DNA of 19,254 nt from Opitutales bacterium. GTDB taxonomy: Bacteria > Verrucomicrobiota > Verrucomicrobiia > Opitutales > JABSRG01. The notes beneath the pieces were generated by a model. The model did not search any database, was not told where the DNA came from, and saw only the letters and a list, made by a program, of their open reading frames with translations. Position numbers and translations under genes: made by a program. The stretch lies in NCBI GenBank assembly GCA_049599475.1, contig JBMYOQ010000076.1:1-19254 (forward strand), written 5' to 3'. Below are positions 1 to 7,148 of the stretch, piece by piece (position 1 is the stretch's first letter; every line of letters starts with the position of its first letter).

Positions 1-56
1 CAAAAGTACAAGCTTAAAATCGTTATTTACGAAAATACTTTTGAGAAATGCTCTAG
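1..56. mobile_element. Miniature inverted-repeat element end(s), truncated by the window edge
   Basis: CAAAAGTA (1-8) is the reverse complement of TACTTTTG (36-43). The reverse complement of 26-56 (CTAGAGCATTTCTCAAAAGTATTTTCGTAAA) matches 237-259 (21/23) and resembles 19215-19245. Confidence 0.55.
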
Positions 57-230
57 AGGGGTGATGAGCATATTGGGGATGAAAATATCCGAAAGAAACG
101 CCATATTGTGGCACAATCCAGGCGAGACTGTCGGCTTACTGTTAAACGTATAGCCAAAAAATGCTCGGATCCAAACGAAATTCTGCATACGCCCTCGCCC
201 CGGCTGTGGTTGAGCGTGATGCCGGACGTG

Positions 231-437
231 CTACGGTTTCTCAAAAGTGTTTTGGTAAACCTGGGAGGAACATTGTCCTGAGGTCCGCTGCCGACGGCTG
301 AGGACAGCGCAATGGCGCTGCCTTAAGAGTATTTTCAGGGTAAGCGTCGTTGACCTCAACCGACATGATTCGGTCTTAGACGCAGTAGCTAAGGCGCTCT
401 TGCCCGTTGGGTCTACGGGCTACCTTTTGATGAAAGG
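231..437. mobile_element. Degenerate TIR-bounded element containing REP-like hairpins
   Basis: Left end is TTTCTCAAAAGTGTTTTGGTAAACC (237-261). Internal hairpins lie at 274-306 and 305-320. A REP-like GCCCGT-TGGGTCT-ACGGGC-TACC (402-424) is followed by a degenerate right end TTTTGATGAAAGG (425-437). Confidence 0.5.
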
Positions 438-450
438 TGAGGGCAAATGA

Positions 451-1914
451 TCAACAGGCCTGGAGCTCTTGGGTCTCCGGACTCTTCACAATTGCCGAGC
501 CTGTCTCAAGAGAGCCTAGAAGATACTCGAACACATCTTCTACAGAATAAGTGCGTTTCCCTTCAGGAAGGACTCGATGCAGAAAAGTCAAATCCTGGCC
601 GATTGTCACTAAAGGGGCTTCCTCCTGCCCATCAAAATTCAATCGCCCTAAGCCCACTGTTGCCAGCAAGCCATTACACAAGCACTGCTTCCCCTCCGCT
701 TCCTCAGGCGCTCCCCCTTTCCGAACGAATCCGGCCAACGGCGCCGCCGGACATCGGTAACCCAGTGTACCTGATCCGCGCATGAACGGCTGGCGAAGGT
801 ATCCCAAATCACATACGCGGCAGGACTCTGGACTGAGCTCACTCCCATACTCGGCGCGCTTCAGCGGATACCCTGTCGGAGAGGCTTTGAAGTCGGTTAT
901 CACATCCAAGTTTCCAGCAAAATAGCTCTCGATCAAAGTGAGCTTTAAGCCATCTTCGATACCTGACTCCTTCGAAAGTGCAAAAATACTTCCCGCCTGG
1001 ATGCCCTGGGCCCCGGCCTCTTGAGCTTCTTTGATATGACCAGGACTCGCCTCCCCTCCCGCTAGCCAAAACGGAAGGCCCAGCTTACGTATTGATTCTA
1101 CATTACACTGGTCTTTGGGCCCATACTCTCCGCCCCGTCGCGGAGGTGCGTTGTGCCCCCCAGCGTTGGGTTTTTCTATGACAAAACCGTCGATACGCCC
1201 ACTTCCTTTTTTGAGGAGTGTCTTCGCCAGGATTTCACTCGAGATGACAGGGAAAAACAAAGGCCGTTTTAGGGCGCTTTGGTCGGGTAGAAAATCTTGT
1301 GGGTTCAGCTCGGTGCGAAAATCGTCGTCGGCTCCCGCTTCCAAGACATGTACCTTTAACTCAGCCGGAAGCATCTGTGCGAAATTGTCCAATACGGCGG
1401 GGATGGACAGAGGGATACCGCCCCCCATCAATACAGCGTCTACTCCGGCCAACATGGCACCCAGCAGGGCGGGTAGGCTCTGCACTTGGGTCTTTTCCAA
1501 AATATTGAAACCGACCCAACCCGAATGCCCTTCCTTTGCTAGATAAACCTCTACGAAGCTGCCCACGATCATCAACTCGATCAAGTCCCGGTCCATTCCA
1601 AAGGTGGGTAGCGCTTTCACTCGATAGTTCTGCCCGGACCTCCGCCCTTCTGGCTGAAACCAACGCTCTAAAATGGCAGCGCTGGTAGCGGGATTGGGAT
1701 AAGCCTCCAAGGCACGACGCATGTGTCCGCCCAAATCCCCATCTTGTAGTCGGCGAATGAGCACGGTGTCCAAGGCGCTCCCGGAAACCACCCCGAGCCC
1801 GCCTCGCTGCGACACTGCTCGGGCGAGCTCCCAATTGGAGACCCCTATTCCCATGCCTCCTTGGATGATGGATGGAAGTGAGGCCTTATTTTCCTTCAAA
1901 GTGTAGGTGTCCAT
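451..1914 (-). CDS. Nitronate monooxygenase / 2-nitropropane dioxygenase family FMN enzyme
   Basis: 487 aa with family motifs IIQGGMGIGVS, AGGHNAPPR, FWLAGG and GAQGIQAGS. The C-terminus is Cys-rich (CRVCDLGYLR, YRCP, CLCNGL). Confidence 0.88.
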   Translation of the reverse strand: MDTYTLKENKASLPSIIQGGMGIGVSNWELARAVSQRGGLGVVSGSALDTVLIRRLQDGDLGGHMRRALEAYPNPATSAAILERWFQPEGRRSGQNYRVKALPTFGMDRDLIELMIVGSFVEVYLAKEGHSGWVGFNILEKTQVQSLPALLGAMLAGVDAVLMGGGIPLSIPAVLDNFAQMLPAELKVHVLEAGADDDFRTELNPQDFLPDQSALKRPLFFPVISSEILAKTLLKKGSGRIDGFVIEKPNAGGHNAPPRRGGEYGPKDQCNVESIRKLGLPFWLAGGEASPGHIKEAQEAGAQGIQAGSIFALSKESGIEDGLKLTLIESYFAGNLDVITDFKASPTGYPLKRAEYGSELSPESCRVCDLGYLRQPFMRGSGTLGYRCPAAPLAGFVRKGGAPEEAEGKQCLCNGLLATVGLGRLNFDGQEEAPLVTIGQDLTFLHRVLPEGKRTYSVEDVFEYLLGSLETGSAIVKSPETQELQAC

Positions 1915-2016
1915 AACAGATCTCCCTACACAATCATTAAATAAAACTTATACTAGCGTATTTTAAAATTCCAATTACTTATTAGAAATCATTCAATCGC
2001 GTAACAGCAAAACGCA

Positions 2017-3354
2017 TCACACATGGCCCAGATCGCGCATTGCTTCGGCCACACGGATGAATCCACCAATATTGGCCCCGCTGATCAGGTTATCCTTTTC
2101 TCCGTAGCGCTCAGCGTAGAAGAGGCAACTCTCGTGGATACGCTTCATGATTTTCTTTAGGCGCTCGTCGACATCATTCGCGCTCCATTGCTGCCAAGAA
2201 GCGTTTTGTTGCATCTCTAGATTTGAAACGGCGACTCCTCCAGCATTTGCGGCTTTGGCCGGTGCGATAATGACATTGGCTTCTTCAAACACTTGGATTG
2301 CTTCCGGAGTGCAGGGCATGTTTGCGCCCTCGCAAATCATCTTGCAGCCACTTTTTGCGAGCTTTTGAGCATGCTCGCCATCGACCTCATTTTGGGTCGC
2401 GCAGGGGAATGCGGCGTCACAAGCGATATCCCAGACACTGCCTCCTTTCTTAAACTCTGCCGAACTGTGAACACTCAAATATTCATGCAGTCGCTTCCGC
2501 TCGATTTCTTTGAGCAATTTGAGAGCATCAAAATCGAGCCCTTTTGGATCGTAGAGGACACCGGAGCTATCCGAGCACGCGACCACGATAGCGCCCAGTT
2601 GCTGGAGTTTCTTAATAGCATAGAGTGCCACATTTCCAGAACCGGATACCACGACTCGCATGCCTTCAAGGGAAGCCCCGCGAGCCTTCATAATTTCATC
2701 GGCAAAATAGACGACGCCATAGCCAGTCGCTTCCTTCCGCCCATGAGAACCACCCATGCCCGGAATTTTCCCCGTTATGGCGCCCAGTTCGTAGCAGTTT
2801 TTGATGCGCTTGTACTGTCCAAATAGAAATCCGATCTCCCGAGCACCGACCCCGATGTCTCCTGCAGGGACATCTGTCTTTTCTCCGATATGGCGCGCGA
2901 GCTCTGTCATGAAACTCTGGCAAAAGCGCATCACTTCGCCATCGCTCTTCCCCTTAGGATCAAAATCGGAACCGCCTTTGCCTCCACCAATCTGAAGACC
3001 CGTGAGGCTATTTTTGAAAATCTGCTCAAAGCCCAGAAATTTGACGACCGATGCATTTACCGAAGGATGGAAGCGCAGCCCACCTTTGTAGGGCCCGAGC
3101 GCGCTGTTAAACTCGATGCGGTAACCGCGATTTACCTGGTAGGAGCCGTCGTCTCCCTGCCAAGGGACTCGAAAGGCGATTTGGCGCTCCGGCTCACAGA
3201 GCCTCTCGAGCAAATTGAGTGCTTTGATCTCGGGGTGTTCGTCGATCACCCTGTCCAGGGATCCAAGTACTTCTTCAACAGCCTGCTGGAAAACAGTCTC
3301 GCCGGGGTTGCGATCTTCGACGGCTTCCAGAACGCGCGCTATGTAGTCGTTCAT
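2017..3354 (-). CDS. gdhA: NADP-specific glutamate dehydrogenase
   Basis: 445 aa with motifs GPYKGGLRFHPSVN, GGGKGGSDFDPKGKS, DVPAGDIGVG, GSGNVA, EGANMP and KAANAGGVA. Confidence 0.97.
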   Translation of the reverse strand: MNDYIARVLEAVEDRNPGETVFQQAVEEVLGSLDRVIDEHPEIKALNLLERLCEPERQIAFRVPWQGDDGSYQVNRGYRIEFNSALGPYKGGLRFHPSVNASVVKFLGFEQIFKNSLTGLQIGGGKGGSDFDPKGKSDGEVMRFCQSFMTELARHIGEKTDVPAGDIGVGAREIGFLFGQYKRIKNCYELGAITGKIPGMGGSHGRKEATGYGVVYFADEIMKARGASLEGMRVVVSGSGNVALYAIKKLQQLGAIVVACSDSSGVLYDPKGLDFDALKLLKEIERKRLHEYLSVHSSAEFKKGGSVWDIACDAAFPCATQNEVDGEHAQKLAKSGCKMICEGANMPCTPEAIQVFEEANVIIAPAKAANAGGVAVSNLEMQQNASWQQWSANDVDERLKKIMKRIHESCLFYAERYGEKDNLISGANIGGFIRVAEAMRDLGHV

Positions 3355-3470
3355 AAGATATATATCGGCAAAACGGACTGATAATCAAACGCTTAGGTGC
3401 GGAAAGCGCTGAGCGCAGCAGGCGGTGTGTAATCTCAACATCGCTACGCCATCGTCGGCTTCGTCTTTGT

Positions 3471-3496
3471 CCGCCGCTCGGAGCGCGGCGGCTACC
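3471..3496 (-). repeat. GTAG-type REP-like palindrome
   Basis: CCGCCGCTCGGAGCGCGGCGGCTACC (GGTAG tail on the - strand plus hairpin), 23/26 identical to 4825-4850. Confidence 0.75.
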
Positions 3497-3530
3497 TTTG
3501 GTTGTGCAAAAGAGGTGGGACGGGGAGTTC

Positions 3531-3679
3531 CAGTCTGTCTCAAAACTCGGATAAATCTCTCTTTAGGTAGCGCGCGCTCACCGAGCGAGCATGACTCGGC
3601 CTTAGCCGCGCTAGTCGTTTGGGCTAACGCGCTCATGCCGGATACGGTGATCCGGCGCCACCACTTTTGAGACAACCTC
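3531..3679. mobile_element. 149-bp non-autonomous element (MITE) with IS1182-like TIRs enclosing an inverted REP pair
   Basis: Ends are CAGTCTGTCTCAAAA (3531-3545) and TTTTGAGACAACCTC (3665-3679). It is flanked by the direct repeat AGTTC (3526-3530, 3680-3684). Internal REP-like units are at 3566-3590 and 3637-3662. The first ~95 bp recur inverted near 19102-19195. Confidence 0.8.
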
Positions 3680-3709
3680 AGTTCTGCTGACAATTGTTAG
3701 GGAAACGCC

Positions 3710-4234
3710 TTATGCGGCTTCGCGGAGTGTGGGACGGAGCATGTCCGCGAGGCGGTTACGCGCTCGAGATAGGCGAGACATGATAGTACCTACGGGGACT
3801 TTGAGGCGATCTGCGATCTCTGCGTAGTCCAAGCCATCGAAGTATCTAAGCCTTACCGCATCTCGGAAGACAGGGTCTAGGCGTTCCACACTTGAGCGGA
3901 CCGCTTCGATCTCGTCGTCGAACAAGTGGCGCTCGGGCGCTGATTCGAGCAGAGTGAAGGTGGGCGATTGGTCCTCTTCAATCACGAGGCGCTGGTCTTT
4001 GCGGCGACGCTTCAGAAATTCGCGATAGAGGATTTGGTTCAACCAACTGCGCACCTTGCTCTTATCTCTCAGCGAGTGATGGTAACGGCTCAGTTGCATA
4101 AAGGTGTGTTGAACGAGGTCGCGTGCAGCGTCGCTGTCCTTACTCAGTGAAGTAGCAAACTTCAATAGCCCCGTGTAGTGCTCATCCACAGCGGCGTCAA
4201 AATCGATGGTATTCAGAGTTTCGGTTGTTTTCAT
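3710..4234 (-). CDS. ECF RNA polymerase sigma-70 factor
   Basis: Region 2 (AARDLVQHTF, VRSWLNQILYREFL) and region 4 (GLDYAEIADRLKVPVGTIMSRLSRAR) are present. ATG at 4234 is preferred over the TTG at 4270, which coincides with a TTGACA box. Confidence 0.93.
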   Translation of the reverse strand: MKTTETLNTIDFDAAVDEHYTGLLKFATSLSKDSDAARDLVQHTFMQLSRYHHSLRDKSKVRSWLNQILYREFLKRRRKDQRLVIEEDQSPTFTLLESAPERHLFDDEIEAVRSSVERLDPVFRDAVRLRYFDGLDYAEIADRLKVPVGTIMSRLSRARNRLADMLRPTLREAA

Positions 4235-4235
4235 A

Positions 4236-4295
4236 TATCTACCAATTAGTAGGTAAATTCCTCCTGTCAAACTTATCTACCAATTAGTAGGTAAA
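4236..4295. promoter_or_regulatory. Two identical 22-bp near-palindromic operators flanking a TTGACA -35 hexamer
   Basis: TATCTACCAATTAGTAGGTAAA occurs at 4236-4257 and 4274-4295, with core dyad CTACcAATTaGTAG. TTGACA lies on the - strand at 4270-4265. Confidence 0.75.
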
Positions 4296-4352
4296 AAAAT
4301 CTTTCTCTCCTGATTCTTGCGATGCTGCGGTATTTCCATTCCCTCCAAACCT

Positions 4353-4796
4353 ATGAAATTTGCTCACACGGTACGGCGGCGCGTAGAATTCGCAGAAACG
4401 GATATGGCCGGGCTCGTCCACTTCACCAATTTCTTCCGCTATGTAGAACTTGCGGAAGCTGAATTCTTCGAGGATCTCGGCCTACCCCTCATCGATGCCA
4501 ACCGTGAGCAGAGCGTTGGCTGGCCACGCGTCCGGGTAAACTGCAGCTATGCGGAGCCGCTTTATTTCCGCGACCAGGTGGAGATCACAATTTTCGTGAA
4601 GACGATAAAAATACGCGCCATCGAATGGGGCTTTCGGATCTTTCGCATAGAATCTGACGAAACCCGAGTTCGCGCCGCCAAGGGCAGCTTCACCACAGTA
4701 CGCGTTAAAAAGGATAACATTGACCGCGGCATGACCTCCCTTGAGCTGCCCGAGGAGCTTTTATCCAAGATTCAAGAGGCCCCGGAGGGGTACTAA
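4353..4796 (+). CDS. Acyl-CoA thioesterase, YbgC/FadM (4HBT-like hotdog) family
   Basis: Motif RVEFAETDMAGLVHFTNFFRYVELA and PLYFRDQV. ATG at 4353 is preferred over the upstream TTG. Confidence 0.9.
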   Translation: MKFAHTVRRRVEFAETDMAGLVHFTNFFRYVELAEAEFFEDLGLPLIDANREQSVGWPRVRVNCSYAEPLYFRDQVEITIFVKTIKIRAIEWGFRIFRIESDETRVRAAKGSFTTVRVKKDNIDRGMTSLELPEELLSKIQEAPEGY

Positions 4797-4824
4797 ATAG
4801 CAAGAGGCGTGGGTCTCGGGGATT

Positions 4825-4887
4825 CCGCCGTTCGGAGAGCGGCGGCCACCTGTTTGATTGCAAAAACAATTCTGAGGAAGAGTCTAA
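4825..4887. repeat. REP-like palindrome followed by a degenerate TIR end
   Basis: CCGCCGTTCGGAGAGCGGCGGCCACC at 4825-4850. The reverse complement of 4870-4887 (TTAGACTCTTCCTCAGAA) matches TTAGACTAATTCTCAAAA at 19215-19232 at 14/18. Confidence 0.6.
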
Positions 4888-4946
4888 GCCTACTTTATTA
4901 ATGGGTTTGGAATGACAATCTGGAGTTCATCAAGCCTATTAGAGGG

Positions 4947-5000
4947 ACCACGAATGAACACGAATTCTCCATACGGCGGAACCGCATTCGTGTTTATTCG
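4947..5000. repeat. Inverted repeat hairpin between convergent genes
   Basis: CGAATGAACACGAAT (4951-4965) pairs with ATTCGTGTTTATTCG (4986-5000): a 15-bp stem with one G-T pair and a 20-nt loop. Confidence 0.7.
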
Positions 5001-5089
5001 ATTCCACAAAGTAGAACTAGCTAGACTCAAACGATCTACAGAATGCCCATTTCGATGACGATCTCTATAGCCCGGGTCGCCGCTATCGA

Positions 5090-5527
5090 CTAAGCCACGC
5101 TAATGAAGCGGGTTTTGCTCGGCTTTATGCCGGATTTGTTGGTCCGGCGGGCTTTGGGGCGATCGGTCGTGCCATAGGAGCTATTGAGGCGGCGTACGGT
5201 ACGGCGGCCCTTCAGCAAAGATGCGAGCTCATCCCTATTGGCTTCCATGGAATCATTGAGCCAGGAAGCATTCTCTGTCTGAGCTTTGTAGAGCTTCTCA
5301 ATGCGATCCTTGAAGATAGCAGGTACGCCTTCTGCGCTGAGTTCAGCAATCTTCCGGATAAAATCTCCCTTGAGCTTCTGGTTATCGGCAAGGCGAGCAT
5401 AGTCCTGACGGGACAAGGCTGCTTGATCTAAGCGCAGAAGCCTCTCGAGCTCTGAAAGCAGTCTTTCAAAATCTCCAGTCCTTCGACTCTCCGAGCCTTT
5501 CTCTGGATTGCGCGTCGCCAAATTCAT
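5090..5527 (-). CDS. Flagellar export chaperone, FliT/FlgN-like
   Basis: 145-aa helical protein directly downstream of fliS. It has an L..L..D..AL...D...L......K pattern and a C-terminal L..L..GRR....SY pattern. Confidence 0.6.
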   Translation of the reverse strand: MNLATRNPEKGSESRRTGDFERLLSELERLLRLDQAALSRQDYARLADNQKLKGDFIRKIAELSAEGVPAIFKDRIEKLYKAQTENASWLNDSMEANRDELASLLKGRRTVRRLNSSYGTTDRPKARRTNKSGIKPSKTRFISVA

Positions 5528-5537
5528 GTATCGTGCG

Positions 5538-6014
5538 CTAGGCAGAGTGTAGGATAGACCCCGATGAACTCGGAGAAGATGCGGGCCTTGGGGCCGCAGC
5601 TGGCTTTGGAGCCTGTGGAGCGGAGTTTTGTTTTTGCAACATATCAGCCCAAGCTGAGCGCAAATCGCTAATCACAGCATAGGCCTCTTTCACGGCCGCC
5701 GGGCGTTTTTGGATATTGGCAATCTCTAAGCGATTAAAACAATACTCGTAGAGATCATTCAAAGTCTTGGGCAAATCCCCTTCCACGGACAGGTCCAGCG
5801 AGTTTTGTAGCTCGTTGATGATCTTCTGTGCCTTAATGAGGTTGTTATTCACGATCTCATTTCGGCGAATGAAGTGCTCATCGCGGAAACCCAATTCGGC
5901 CTCGTGCATGAACTTTAGGGCACCGTCATAAAGCATCAAGATGAGCTTACCCGGACTGACGGTGGAAATACTTGCAGTCTTGTAAGATTTTGATGCTAGG
6001 TTCGAATAGTTCAT
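5538..6014 (-). CDS. fliS: Flagellin chaperone FliS
   Basis: Motifs SPGKLILMLYDGAL, KAQKIINELQNSLD, LNDLYEY and DLRSAW. It has a Pro/Ala/Ser-rich tail. Confidence 0.95.
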   Translation of the reverse strand: MNYSNLASKSYKTASISTVSPGKLILMLYDGALKFMHEAELGFRDEHFIRRNEIVNNNLIKAQKIINELQNSLDLSVEGDLPKTLNDLYEYCFNRLEIANIQKRPAAVKEAYAVISDLRSAWADMLQKQNSAPQAPKPAAAPRPASSPSSSGSILHSA

Positions 6015-6042
6015 ATAGGGGTCAGGAAATGGATCTGGAAGA

Positions 6043-6348
6043 TTAGATTTCTTCCATCATGCGCCGTGCTACGGTGTCGATCACCGGCTGGGTATCATAG
6101 TCGCCAGCTTCGAGCTTAGCCTTAGCGGCCGCTACTTTTTCTTCCCGCACGTCGGGCATGTCTTTGAGTTTATCTACATAAGATTGAATGCGCTCCAGGT
6201 CGCTGACGCGGAGCCCAGATGGGTCGGCAACAACCGTTTTCGCTGGTGGAACAGCTTCCGTCTCAGGTGCTTTAGCAGCCTTCTGAGACTGGTTAGATTG
6301 TTGAAGGTAGGATGTCAGAGGAGCTGACGAAGAGGAATCGATGTTCAT
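6043..6348 (-). CDS. flgM: Anti-sigma28 factor FlgM
   Basis: 101 aa with C-terminal PDVREEKVAAAKAKLEAGDY...VARRMM, in a flagellar context. Confidence 0.85.
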   Translation of the reverse strand: MNIDSSSSAPLTSYLQQSNQSQKAAKAPETEAVPPAKTVVADPSGLRVSDLERIQSYVDKLKDMPDVREEKVAAAKAKLEAGDYDTQPVIDTVARRMMEEI

Positions 6349-6380
6349 GTTGAGAAGTGAAAAAATGAGGAATACTCTTA

Positions 6381-6407
6381 AAGTCGGAGAGGGCTGAAGG
6401 TTCTTTA
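6381..6407 (-). promoter_or_regulatory. Putative sigma28 (FliA) promoter for flgM-fliS-fliT
   Basis: On the - strand TAAA-N15-TCCGACTT, compared with the consensus TAAA-N15-GCCGATAA. It lies 32 bp upstream of flgM. Confidence 0.65.
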
Positions 6408-6432
6408 AAAAAAATCTGTAAAATCTTTTTCT

Positions 6433-7098
6433 TTAACGTGTGGGAAAGGTTTCAAAGGCTTCGTGCACGACATAACGCGAGAATCTCTGAGGGCTCTGCA
6501 GCATACTATCTGCCGAGTCTAAGGGAAATCGATCTGTGTAGACTTGCCGGGCGTAGCGCCGAGCAGCTGCCGACACATTAGGCTGCGCAGAATCGAACAC
6601 ATCATCGAAGACCCAGACCAATTCACCATCGCGCAAATCCACGAGCTTGGAGCGCAGGCCTACGCGAATGGGTCGGTAGGGGTGGTAATCGGTAACGTCC
6701 AAAAACAGGACCCCTTGCGCTTGATAGTCTTGCACGATTTGTCCCAGCATTGACGGGGGCAGCGAGGCTGCAGAGTTCACCTGATCCATGCCAAAATGCT
6801 TCTGCATGTAGGCACGTTCAATGGGAACAATTTCAAAGAGTTGCGCCTTACTCAGCTCGCCAATCACCGCGGAGTCAAAGCGCTCCAAGAGATCTGGATC
6901 TTCCTCAGGATGATAGGATGGCAAGACGGCGACCCGAATCATTGTAGCCGGAATATGCTCCATAGCATACACGTTTTGTGGCTGATAAGACTTGGGTGGG
7001 ATCTTGGGAATTCGGGCTCCGTTGGAATTACATCCCACAGAGAAGAGCATCCCAGCTGCGCAAACTGAGATAGCGGTAATGTTTAAGAATCGTGGCAT
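6433..7098 (-). CDS. Uncharacterised lipoprotein (alpha/beta fold reminiscent of CsgG/DUF799/TolB-N-like proteins) in the flagellar cluster
   Basis: 221 aa with a lipobox-like FSVGC at Cys23. Motifs RVAVLP and VGLRSKLVDLRDGELVW are present. Confidence 0.7.
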   Translation of the reverse strand: MPRFLNITAISVCAAGMLFSVGCNSNGARIPKIPPKSYQPQNVYAMEHIPATMIRVAVLPSYHPEEDPDLLERFDSAVIGELSKAQLFEIVPIERAYMQKHFGMDQVNSAASLPPSMLGQIVQDYQAQGVLFLDVTDYHPYRPIRVGLRSKLVDLRDGELVWVFDDVFDSAQPNVSAAARRYARQVYTDRFPLDSADSMLQSPQRFSRYVVHEAFETFPTR

Positions 7099-7148
7099 AA
7101 AAAGGGGCTATCGAGACGTGTAAATCTCTTATCAAAACGGGGTTATCA

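Noticed and set aside
53..244. 63-aa ORF on the - strand
   Set aside because: No recognisable motif, and both ends fall in repeat-element termini.
498..511. AGCCTGTCTCAAGA, a TIR-like match inside the NMO gene tail
   Set aside because: A 12/14 match with no partner end or REP, so chance cannot be excluded.
2293..3381. Antisense ORFs over gdhA (177 and 163 aa), and similar ones over other genes
   Set aside because: Typical antisense shadows of well-supported CDSs.
3385..3693. 102-aa (-) and 81-aa (+) ORFs
   Set aside because: They run through REP/MITE palindromes and show no protein-like features.
3710..4234. ECF sigma factor as cognate FecI of the FecR protein
   Set aside because: It lies 7 kb away in another unit, and the FecR protein has a cleavable-looking signal peptide with no cytoplasmic anti-sigma domain.
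4236..4295. Direct repeats as a mini-CRISPR
   Set aside because: Only two 22-bp copies with a 16-bp spacer, no cas genes, and a promoter location that fits operators.
7108..7134. sigma28 promoter for the lipoprotein gene (CTCGATAG)
   Set aside because: No acceptable -35 at the 15-bp spacing (TGAT).
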